Source: Ramazzottius varieornatus
Taxonomy: Eukaryota; Animalia; Tardigrada
DNA: 64,000 nt
Reading direction: 5' to 3'
Assembly: GCA_001949185.1 (NCBI GenBank)
Contig: BDGG01000015.1
Coordinates: 377,036 to 441,035, forward strand
The first letter of the stretch is position 1. Every line of letters begins with the position of its first letter. The notes under the pieces are model-generated. The model was not told the origin of the DNA and ran no database searches. It saw only the letters and a program-made list of their open reading frames with translations. The position numbers were made by a program, and so were the translations under genes. Below, piece after piece: positions 53,212-64,000 of the stretch.

Positions 53212-55200
53212 TCAGTAGTAAGGTCTTCGAGGGTTATTCTGCAAGAAAAGCATTGCAGCAATATCAGAAAGAGAGCGACGCAGAAAGCACTGCGGTACTT
53301 ACCAAAGGGTTGGGTCGGTACTTGTAGGCAGTCATCATACGCTTCCGGTAGAGGGTAAACTCGTCGTCTTCCTCCTCCACTTCGTCGGGTTTTTTGTTCC
53401 CTAGACCGGCCCGCTCCGTCGTTCCAACACTAGAAAAAGCAACGAGACCGCTCGACGAACGTAACGAACCACGTTACTCAGCGAACAAAAGCCTCATTAG
53501 GTAGTATTTACTTGGCGATGGGAGCGGTGATACCAGAGCTTCCCAAACCCAGCCCAGCTCCTTTTGTCCAGCCGAACTTCTGAAGCATCTGGTAGCCGAA
53601 GTTGCTCTCGCCCAGCTTGTTCTCTTCGTACTGTTCTTTTGAGGTGGATGGTGCCAGAGCCTGCCCGGGTTTCCTCACGAACTTGGCCAGCTCTTCCGGC
53701 GGCAGGAAGTCTTGCATGTGGTGCTTGCCTTGGAAAAGTGGCACAGTCTGCTTGGCCGCTTGCTCTGTCGAACATAAGGACAAGTTGAAACTGAGAGACG
53801 TACCGTATCGTCGAAATGTCACCGACTTATAAAAAAGAGTTCACCTTTGGTTTTCTCCATTTCTAGTCTACGCATTTCATGCTCGCGGAAAGGCTGGCCG
53901 GTGGCGTCTGCCACATCGATCGGTGCTACTTTTCCACCCACCTTCTTCAGCATGCTTTCCTTCTGAGCTAACTGTTGCTTCAGCTGAGCCAACTACAAAC
54001 CAAAAAGCCATCACTCACACACCGATCACAATAAGATATAGTAAGATGAAACACGACGGAATGAAAAAATAGGATGTCGCCAAATGTATCACGCCAGATT
54101 GCTATCTCAAGTGGCGCATGTTTTCGTTGTTATTACCTTACAGCGTGCGCCACAAAGAAAAACAATCGCGTCGAGTTTGACTGTTTCTCCAAGTGGCGCG
54201 TTCTATCAGCCATCAATACGGAAAGGTGAACCACTTTGGAAAACGAGCATGTTCCAACCATCTGACGACGTCCTGAATTATGTTCACTTCCGGTTCGTTA
54301 ATCACACTCGCAAGATTACCTGCATCGCTGCTTGTGGGTCGATACTGGCAAGGGAGGAAGGTCCTTCGTATTTGATATCAGGCTTGATATCCGGTTTGAT
54401 ATCTGGCAGGAAGGCGGAACTTGAAGTCTGCGCAACTGTTTCCGGTTGTTCGCCCCATCGACTTCTTCGTTTCTTCTCTAGACGTGCAGGTTCGTCTACT
54501 TCTGCTTCTCTCTTAATGGACAATGAAGGTTTGACGTCCACAGAGAACGTAGTGGGGAAGTATGAGGCAGCTTCCGTCGGTTCTGGCTTCACGGTGGCTT
54601 CTGGTTGATTGGATCCTGCCGACGATGTCTCAAGAAGGAACCTGTACTCTCGCATAGCTTCCATGAGGCTTTGATCTTGACAAGGGTTATTACGCTCCTA
54701 CCGACCATCATCAGCTGGCCGATAGGAATTTAATGTAAGAACGGACATACTGGTGGTACAGCTGATCCTGTACATCTTCTTTCTTGGGAGAAGAGCTCTC
54801 CACCTTGATCGACAGCTGTCCTTGCGACCCTGTAGAAAACAATAACACACGCGTGACGTCACGAAATAGTGCTCGTGCTTAGCACGAGGCCATTACAACG
54901 TCAGCAGAACGTCAACATCACAGGCGACAATCCTGTTGTTCGTTTTCAGCAACGAGATCAATCAGGTTGACTTCTAAATTTACTGAGTATCCCATGGAAG
55001 TTTCATGACGGAAAAAATCTTGCGTCCTTACCTATTCTGAACTGCAGCGGTGGTTTTGCTGACTGTGTGAAGCTGGGAGTAGTGAGAGGCCCGGACACAG
55101 GAGCTGGAGGTGGAATGGGTGTGGAAGGGAGGCCATTCTTGGCGTTTAGTTTCGCTTCAATCTCCCTCTTCTTGGCGAGTAAGACCTGCTGAATGTCCAT
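53212..55200 (-). CDS. SUGP1: SURP and G-patch domain protein 1 (splicing factor 4) homologue
   Basis: KRRSRWG; HHMQDFLPPEELAKF; G-patch NFGYQMLQKFGWTKGAGLG..GITAPI; C-terminal DDEFTLYRKRMMTAYKYRPNPL|NNPRRPYY*; ~7 exons. Confidence 0.9.
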
Positions 55201-55684
55201 CTTTGTTGTCCAACCTGGACAAACTAAGCGACCATTGACGCGAAAGGTCTGTGCTGGACGGCAACACGATAACACCAGGATCAAGACGGATCGGATCATC
55301 GGATCATTCGGATGGAAATCGTGGAATAATAATAATTTACAGTATATGAATCAATATAAACTTTGCGATACCGTACATCCCTGTGACATGCATCGACCAC
55401 CAGCAGTTCAGTCAATCACGGTACTTCATGTGTGGCTGCATCGGGCATCCGTAACCGTGTGGTGACCCATCCCGATGATCCCGTTACATTTCGGACTTTG
55501 GGTATTCCGTAGACTGATCCAGTAGTACCCAGGTTTCAACGATCCAGAAGCTCATTTCCGATCTTCGCGCAGCCTTTTTCTGGTTCTTCCTGAACCTTCG
55601 TTCTTGGTTTCACTGTAAGTACTGTGGTGAGAAGAACCGTCTTCCAATCTGCTCTTCACGAAACTGACAGTGAAAAGGACCAAG

Positions 55685-56941
55685 ATGCCGCCGAAACGCA
55701 CTAAGAACCAAGCAGAAGCACAGTCCGCAACCAAGAAGCTCCAGACGACGGACGATCCGTGGACGAAGGACTGGTTCGAAGCCCGTACACCTACGCGGAA
55801 CTGTGGGACAAGCTGGGCTTCTACGTGCGGAAAGAAGTATTCTCCTTCTTGGACATTCGTGTCAGCAACAGGTTCTGCAGGTGCGATCAAAGTAACTCCA
55901 AGATCTTATGTTATTTCAACTACTGTGGTGTTGCTTTTACAGAGTGAGTAAGTCGTGGAAGAGCCAACTGATCTAGACAAATGGTGGGAACAGTGACAAC
56001 AAAGGCATCGCTTTCTTGGACTGGCGTGTTGAAAGGAAGGCGTACACGAAGATGAACAAGCGATTCGGAAATGGGACTCAGTGGCCTTGGCCTTCCTAGT
56101 TTCAGCTGGACTTTGGTGGGATCACGAACCTGGTGTTGATTGGGCGGAAGATCACGCCTTCCCATTACATGAAGACGGGCAAGGTGTTCGCTGTGAAGAA
56201 GCAACCGCTGCAGACAGTGACGTTCTGGGGAGGTCGGTTCACGCATCGGGAAGTTGTCCGAGCCGCATTTCCGCTGCAAGCTAAAGATATCCTGATGCAG
56301 TTGATGAAGTGCGAGTTGCACTGGGACTCTGAGGGCCATTTCATGATGACATTTTCGGACGTCGGTCTGCATTTTGGAGAAGTAGAAGATTACAAGCTGA
56401 GTCTAAAGATGTTCTTTTGGAATGTACCGGTGTCTGTGCAACACCTGGCTTTTGACGAAACATTCAATGCGGCGGTCTCGAATGAAACGGATCAGCTGAG
56501 ATGGTTGTTCAAACGGTATGATCAGTTGAATTTAATTTGGCCCTATGGAGAAGATCAAGTGGCCTGGCTGACAGCATCTATCGAACTCTGGGGACAGACG
56601 GGTGGAAATGTCTGAGATGCCATCCAGACATATTATCTGCCGTTCCACGGCTGGTAAATTATGCACCTTCACGAATACAGGGTCGTTAAAGAGTACTTCA
56701 CCAGTCTGTTCTGCGTTCCAGGAAATGGCCATTGGTGACCAGTTTTAGAAGCCTGAAGGTTCCAAACAGAGCGTATTTTCTCGATCGTAATGAGGAACTG
56801 ACCACTCTAGACTGCGCTTTCCTCGCCCGAATGATTTCAACCCTGCACGAAAGTAAACGTTCACAAGGCTGGACGCCTCCTCCACACCCCAACCCGAAAG
56901 ATTTCGCAAGTCTCTGGGCTGCAAACCTCCAAGACAATTAA
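55685..56941 (+). pseudogene. F-box-like protein gene with frameshift and nonsense codon
   Basis: LWDKLGFYVRKEVFSFLDI..RFCRCD (F-box-like). The ATG-initiated MPPKRTK frame shifts near 55757; in-frame TGA at 56613-56615 lies before a GT-AG-linked last exon. Confidence 0.6.
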
Positions 56942-57424
56942 TGCCTCGTTTCAGCCCTTTCGCTATTGTAGCCCACCTGCACAGCGTGAGGTTCTTGCTT
57001 GAACTACTGTACGTGTCCGTACATGGTACTGATAGCCTTCTTCATTTCAGTTCTTCGTTCTAGTACAATTTTCGTATCGTTGGCTTTTGTTCTCGTATTT
57101 CGTCTAGTTTTCTTACACCCTTCAGTCCCCGTACACGCCCGATTGACGCGTGAAAAGCGCCAGGCCTAATCGCAGAGCGCTGGAGATCTATCGCACAAGT
57201 AATGGTAGAAGACCGCGATATGGCCACCGGTTGATCCACGTATTGGGATAAGCTATTGGTCCAGTCAGAAATTATCATCAGCTAATCACTTATAGGAAAT
57301 TCTTGCATAGTCCGCGTACTTCTTGGGCTGCTGGTTGACGGATGGTATCTTATCACTTTTCACGAAGTTATGTTTGCATGCCAGATGGAATCAATTCAAG
57401 GGCGAATGGAGCGGAACGCCTCTG

Positions 57425-57470
57425 TATAAAGGTAACAGAGCAAGAATTTTGAGTAGGTTCTCGGTCAGTT
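57425..57470 (+). promoter_or_regulatory. Putative TATA box and Inr of the lipase gene
   Basis: TATAAA at 57425 and TCAGTT at 57465, upstream of ATG 57509; spacing slightly longer than typical. Confidence 0.35.
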
Positions 57471-57508
57471 GACTTGGTTCTTCGGAAACTCTTCTATTCG
57501 ACAGGAAA

Positions 57509-60101
57509 ATGACCTTCAACCTTGTCGTGGGGGCCACACGTAAGTACCTGGTGTCTTTCTTATCGCACTTCGGCTACAACAAAAACACATTCCGTAATTT
57601 CCCGTTACATTCGTTACAGTGGCGGTGTTGGTGGCAGTTACCACCGCCTCGCGTTTCGGTCAGCTGAAGTCCAGCCTGACCAAGAATGGCCAGACGACCC
57701 CGTTCGTAGACGTTGGACCTCAGAACGTCAAAGAAGACGCCTACTACATGTGGCAGTGCATGATGGCTTCCATGGCCGAGTACAAGGTCCAGAAGGAGGC
57801 CTCGGAGGTAGCTGCAGAGATGGGACTCTCAAACAAGGCCGATCAGGACTATGTCTGCTACACCGACTTGGGCTGCTTCTACAAGAACGGCACCTTGTCC
57901 TCTATGAACAAGCTGCCTCACAACACCAAGACCGTTTTCTACCTGTGGACGTTCGCTGACCAGCAAAATCCCCAAGTCTTGGACTGGAAGAAACCTGCCA
58001 CCATTTCCAACTCGCTGTTCCGCGCTGACCGACCCACTGTCGTCATGATCCATGGCTTCGCCAACGATGTCAACACTGTCTGGGTCCCCGACATCAAGGC
58101 TGCCGTCTTCCGCGGAGTAAGTCCGAAATTTGACGCCCAGTATTTCCTCGCACACTTTTCATCGCTCTTTACCCTTTTAAGCATCCACGGGGTGTCAACT
58201 TCATCTATGTTGACTGGGGTCGCGGAGCTTCCGGTCCCGACTACTGGCAAGCTGCATCGAACACCCAAGTTGCGGGAGCTCAAGTTGCCAAATTAATTTG
58301 CACCATCAAGTGAAAACTTTTTCTACATACCTTTCGGGTCCTTCTATTCGGTCGTAGCGTTAGCAAACACGGGAAATTCCTAACGTGTATACTGTTGGTT
58401 GCAGTAATGTTAAGCACACCCGCTCGTCATCGTTCCAGCTTATCGGTTTCTCCCTGGGGGCTCACGTGTCCGGCTTCACCGGATATCGGTACTACAATAT
58501 TTGTTTCTTTTGGTAACAGAGTAGTATCGGGCCAAGCTCTATCTCCTGATGATAAGTCTACGGATTTCAGACTTGTGTAATTTCAGACTGGCAACGTACG
58601 GTCACGCCAGAGTTGGTAAGATAACCGCGCTCGATCCTGCAGGACCCATGTTCGAAAATGTTCACCCAGATGCCCGCCTCAGTCCCGACGATGCCGATTT
58701 TGTGCAAGCTTTCCACGTCAACGGCGCCACTTTGACCTTCGGAGGTTTCGGACTGTACAGCCGAGTCGGCCACATTGACTGTAAGTTCGCGATATTCGAT
58801 TGACTATCACCAATAAGCGCAGTTCCAAACTCGGACTTTGTTCAGAAGCACGTTTTCCGAGCGGCGCACGCTACTAGCCACTAACACCAGAAAAATGCGC
58901 CACTAGAGAAAATGAGCTCATCAAGTTTTTCTCAGTGGTGCACGTTTCCAGTGTGATTGGCTGAAATCGTGCGCCATTTGGGAAAACGATCTTGCTGAGT
59001 TTGCTTGCTCAGTTTCCATTTCGTGTATGTAGTCTACCCGAATGGAGGACGGTACCAACCCGGATGTCCCCATGCTATTATCGGTGCCATCGGCGACCTC
59101 TGGAATTTCAACTGTAAGTTGCGGCGAAACTTCATAGATACTACTCTGATCCATCCTGCTTGTCTGACCCGAAAACCCGTCACTGCAGTTACGAACATGC
59201 CGGATAGTGTCGCTTGCAACCACGGACGCGCCATCGACCTGGGTGTGGCTTCAGTAGACCAGAACTGCGTGTTCGCCAGCCATGCTTGTAGAAATCACTC
59301 GGACTACCGAGACGCCAAGTGTTTCACCCAGCAAAAGGGAACTATGGGCTTGTTCGCTAACAACGTCGCCTCCGATGACCAGCAGTTCTTGATCACTCGG
59401 GGAACTTCTGGCCGGTTCTGCGGTAAGCTCGAAAACCGGTCTCACCCAGTGAATCGACTATTTATGCAGGTTTTCAATGTGCCACCGAATGCGGTTTTCC
59501 AGGGCGAGTCGTGAAAATGACGTTTAAGTTCACGCTCCTTCAACTCCCTACTTCCGGCAGTTTCTTCCTGACACTGGTCGACAAGTTCGGAAATGAGGAA
59601 AACGTCGGACAGATTGTGTACTTTCGCAATTCTACCTTGTCCTTCTTGAAGACTTTTTCCCTGGTGGAAAAGTGTGGTTTCTGAGAAGGTTGTTCGATCT
59701 ATAGGAAGGACGAGTCAATGCCTCCAGGTGGCGCTCTTATGCGCGTTATTCTGAGTGAAGGCAAAGTTGGCGACCTCTTGGCTGCCAAGATCCGCTACGA
59801 GCCGGAGAGGGGTATTTTGTGGGACTCTTCCGACACCGTCAAAGTCAATAGCATCCGCTTGACCAGCCAAGAATCAGACAAGTATGAATCAACTTCTCCG
59901 CCCGTTGTTACAGACTTTTGAGTGCTCGAGCTTGCTGGCCGTTACGGCCAGCAAGTTGATTGAACGATTGTTGTCTAACAGTGAGGTTTTTTCTTTTTCA
60001 GGGGCGAAGTCTGTGGACTGTATCAGCTGCTTACCAAGGGAGAAACTGTCACCTTCGACTTGACTTCGAGGAACTGTCGCAGTATTTGGGCCAAGAAATA
60101 A
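57509..60101 (+). CDS. Pancreatic lipase-related triacylglycerol lipase/phospholipase with PLAT-like C-terminus
   Basis: Signal peptide; VCYTDLGCF; IHGF; VDW; GFSLGAH (catalytic Ser); ITALDPAGP (Asp); RLSPDDADFV; GHIDFYPNGG.QPGC; CNHGRA (His); multi-exon. Confidence 0.92.
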
Positions 60102-60591
60102 TCCCTTCCATATATTCTGACGTAATATTTGCGTAGTATTATTGATACCATTAATTCTCATAACGGCTGCGGCTGAACAAGTTTGTTGCCTAAGCAGGTG
60201 GCTTTTATGGGGTTCTTTCCCCTGATCATGATAATGTACATTAATATTGCTGGTTCCTTTATGATGTGCTGTTGTGCAGCTGCACAACGTCATGTAGGAA
60301 TCGTTTCGATTGCTGGCAAGTGTTAGATCACACCGCATTAAAGGAATGTACAAATCATAAATCTCGGCATACCGGAAATAATGTTATCGACGTCGAACTG
60401 GCGCCTGCCGATAGGGAATGACCGCATGGAAAACTGACAACGTTTCTTAGAATTTAAGTGTGGCGCACACATATCGCTGAAGCTGGCACCATGTGTGAAC
60501 GGCCAGAATAGTTTCTTGTGTGGACTGAATGCTCGTTTGGTCTTAGAAAAAATTCTATTTCAGGACCGGTCAGACCCAACCGAACACCAAG

Positions 60592-62510
60592 ATGGCTTCC
60601 GTCCACTGGGCCATTCAACCAGTATTGGCTCTGTTCGTGGCTTCATCTGTACTGCTCACGGGAGCCGTAGAGCGATCCCCACCATCTTTCGTCGTTGACC
60701 TTGACAAACCTGCATACGAGCGATGGAACAGCGTCATCGACGCTAATCCCGATCTCGGCAGAGACGCACCAGAAATTTTCAAGTAAGTCAAAATACTCCA
60801 CGAACACCGAGGAGTGTGACAGATGCAAATATGGCAGTTCAGCAAGCTGAGCTCCGTTCATTTCAAGGATTCTGACCGGCAACATCAACATGTCAAACGA
60901 CACATGGGGCATACTTTTCCTCATGGCCGAAAAGATTCACAAACGACTACCCGCTCCGTTCAAGGAGGAACTTCAAGGTCAGCGGCTTCACGATAGAAAA
61001 CGGAATACAACAATTGTAACTTTCTGTGAAACCCGTTACTCTTTGCTGACACGTTACATATGAATTTCGCTAGGCATGGCCGATCGGGCAAAAATGCCAA
61101 TCAGTCTCATAACCCTCATCAACCTGGCCTACGATTTGACCGCGTGAGTTTGCGGCATTCCAACACAAATACCGATCGTTTCGTTGATTTCACATCTTCC
61201 TACAGTCACTGCACCAGTGTCGTGTCCACGGATGCCAATGGGACCATCTGGCACGGTCGCAACTTGGACTACAACGCAACGACCTACCTGGAAAAGTACA
61301 CGGTTCACGTGGACTTCAAACGGGGAGGCAAAGTGAGTTTCACTGTTTCGGCAAGAAGCGAGAACAAACGTTGGAAATCGGGAACTGATATTTGACTAAA
61401 TTCTGCAGGTGGCGTACTCTGGAGTGACCTTTGCCGGTTTCGCCGGAATGCTTACTGCCATCAAACCGCATGCTTTCACCTTCAGCTCAAATGAACGAGG
61501 TAAGGCGGGCTGTCATCTTTGAACTCCTTTGTGTTAGCACATATATGGAACAGTAATCAGGAACTGTGTGGACGTGGTAGTGCTCTTTTACAGATGTCGG
61601 AAGCTTTCTTGAAAACCTTCTGGAAATGATGGACCCCAACTCAAAATTTTTGATGGTATTGATTCGAGAAGTAAGTTGTAACCACATCGATGGTTACCAG
61701 TCGCGCCTTGCGGAATTAGCCGAACGATATTTCTGACTTTTACATTCATTTGTTCACTCAGGTTTTGGAAGAGGCCAAAAATTTCCGAGAAGCAATCAGC
61801 AAGTTCTCCCTCGCCAGAATGCCGGCGGCTATTTATGTGATCCTCGGTGGACTTTCCAACAATGAGGGAGTGGTTCTAACCAGGAATAGAACACATGTTA
61901 TCCATGAGTTTGCGATCAACATGCAGTCAGATAGGTGCGTCCGGATCTGCAGTATTATTAGTTTGTGCCACAAGTCTGCCGTAAATCTGATTGCCATGTA
62001 CGCAATAAAAAATTCTTCCCTGCCAGGTGGTACGTCCTTCAGACTAACCATGATCCGTGGCTGGGAGATCCCTGGTACGACAACCGCAGGTACTTCATCC
62101 TGTTTCGTGACGTTAACTGTGGCCATTTGTATTGTACCTCAAGACTAGCAAACTCGGAGGGACTGCCTTCGTGTAGAGAAGCTGGAGAAACAGCCATGAA
62201 TCGCACAGGAAGAAACAATATCACTGTGGATAGCTTGTATGATGTCCTGTCGGTCCCTAAAACCCGAAACAAGTACGACATTGTCACAAGAAACGTGAAT
62301 GGCTACCCGGGTTAAATCGGACTTTCTACCTTTAGGTATACGGTTTACTCAACTGTGATGAGCGCTTCGCACCCCGAAGCCATCCGGACATGGATTCGTA
62401 ACTCGACGGAATTGATACCGCCTCCGCCAGTGAGGGCGTCCGCATCTAATGTGGTCGGCCGATTCGGGACTTTTGCTGCGGTATTGATAGTCTTGTCACG
62501 GAACCTCTAA
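60592..62510 (+). CDS. NAAA: N-acylethanolamine acid amidase / acid ceramidase family (Ntn hydrolase)
   Basis: Signal peptide; VDLDKPAYERW; HCTSVVSTDANGTIWHGRNLDY (catalytic Cys; NAAA-type RNLDY); NEGVVLTRNR; WYVLQTNHD; ~10 exons. Confidence 0.88.
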
Positions 62511-62601
62511 GCTACATCACTTGAACCCTTTAACTGCAGCACGCATACGACTGTTATTTTCGTAGCATTCCTTCACGTTTCCCAAGTATATCAGCCCAAA
62601 A

Positions 62602-62750
62602 GGGCGAACAGTTTTTTGAGACTTTGAGGCACGGCGAGGTACGGCGAAGCTACCATCCGATGCCCCTGAATATTCTCGCAGACTTCATGTCAAAAAAGGG
62701 TCATTTGGTAGCAAATATAATGTTCCCCAAATTGGGCCGCCGAAACCCAT
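62602..62750 (+). repeat. Dispersed repeat, copy 2
   Basis: Matches 15259-15400. Confidence 0.8.
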
Positions 62751-63625
62751 ATGTTCCGATGACGGCAAGATCGAGGCTTTTGCTGCTGGTGGTCAATTTC
62801 AAGCTGATGCGGTTGTCCAGCTACCGCCGCGTCCCCTTCTTAGCTCCGTCTGACGACGACGAGAGAGACCGTTCACCGCTCACTCCTCCGCCCTTCGGCC
62901 TATCGTTTATGGTTGTGTCGTGTATCTGAGTTATGTTAGTATGTCGTGGGGGTAGGATAGAGTAAGGTAGGGAATGGACGGGTGGGGACTGAGGTAGGCT
63001 GAGGTTGGCTCCACTGTGTCGTGTAGTTGGAGTCGTGTCATTATCTCGTGACGGTAGGGTTGGGGGAATTTTTGTTCTACAGGGTTCTTGGTACGGGACC
63101 TTGCCATCTATAATACAGTGTTGTCCCATAAGCTATCTGGATCCGGCTTTGATACCTCTCCGCTTCCTTTCAACCGACGATTTTGTTGGACTGACTTTGC
63201 AAGGTTCTCGACTTCCAGGGAAGAGAAAATTAATCAGGTTTCCTGTCGTGCTCTACCATATAGGACGATGTAAACTCCGCTCTAAGCGACAAAAGCAGAC
63301 AAAAGTTGAATGACTATTCTGAACGTTGCTTGAAATCTTATGCTTGTACTGTTTAACCTCTCGAAATCAGCTAGTACATAGGTATTTCGAGAGCTCGAGT
63401 GCGCCGTCGAGCTTTACCCTCGTCGCCGCCCTTCTACTCTAATTAGTTCTACTCACGATGTTTCTCTAGCAGTACGTTTCTGCTTGTACTCGCGACTGCT
63501 TTCCGGGATGTTTTGGTATTCAAAAACCTCTAGGTTCTAGGAAGACGAGCCGCAAAAAAACGATTATGTCTGCCATGGCTTATGTGACAATCGTTATACT
63601 TGCAGTTCATGGTTTCTCATGGTTT

Positions 63626-63677
63626 CGCTCGCCATGCCCCAGAACAGCTAATCAGCTGTTCTGGGGCATGGCGAGCG
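63626..63677. repeat. Perfect 24-bp stem, 4-nt loop hairpin
   Basis: cgctcgccatgccccagaacagct-aatc-agctgttctggggcatggcgagcg. Confidence 0.95.
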
Positions 63678-64000
63678 GTCTTGTTTAATTTGGTGATTTC
63701 ATGCGCTTTGGATGATAGCTCAAACTGTCGAGAATATTCTCTATTTTTCTGTTACGTCGGCTTGAAAATCTTGATTTGAAGGTTGCCGTTGTTCCCTTGT
63801 GAGTCAAGCGGCCATAAGTTTGGTGACTAATCGCAGAAGCTTCCGTTATTTTTACTGATTGGACGTCTCAAGGGGAAAAATTTGCCAATGTTACGTATCT
63901 TCGAAATGCGTCAGGTGACATAGTCCAGAACCGGCGTCAGTGCACGTGTCGTTAACAAAGGTGGAGCTGACGTCAGTGCATCGATGTCAAAATGCCCGTA

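Overview
Eukaryotic (metazoan) DNA with short GT-AG introns and dense small transposons. The compact gene structure and the divergent BTB, F-box and GPCR genes suggest a tardigrade-like invertebrate (inference, not proven). The left ~35 kb is TE-rich and decaying. It holds a lesioned BTB-BACK gene, an SLC22 transporter with two suspect splice junctions, a truncated class-A GPCR, and remnants of CRE-type non-LTR, mariner, PIF/Harbinger (MADF + DDE transposase) and DIRS/Ngaro-type elements, plus many TA-, TTAA- or 8-bp-TSD MITEs. The right ~28 kb is gene-dense: a catalytically dead carboxylesterase-like gene, PP2A B56 (delta/gamma type), a divergent Dishevelled, SUGP1, an F-box pseudogene, a pancreatic-lipase-like gene and an NAAA-like amidase. 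The most notable observations are: a SERCA exon fragment inside the Harbinger remnant; a family of ~85-bp palindromic units (CAAGTGGCGCAC..GTGCGCCACTTG) recurring mostly in introns; an NAAA with a GPI-signal-like tail; a SUGP1 without recognisable SURP domains but with a SUMO-motif cluster; head-to-head B56/Dishevelled; and two perfect or near-perfect palindromes. No prokaryote-type system, CRISPR array, rRNA or tRNA is supported. All calls come from reading the sequence by eye; no database searches were run.
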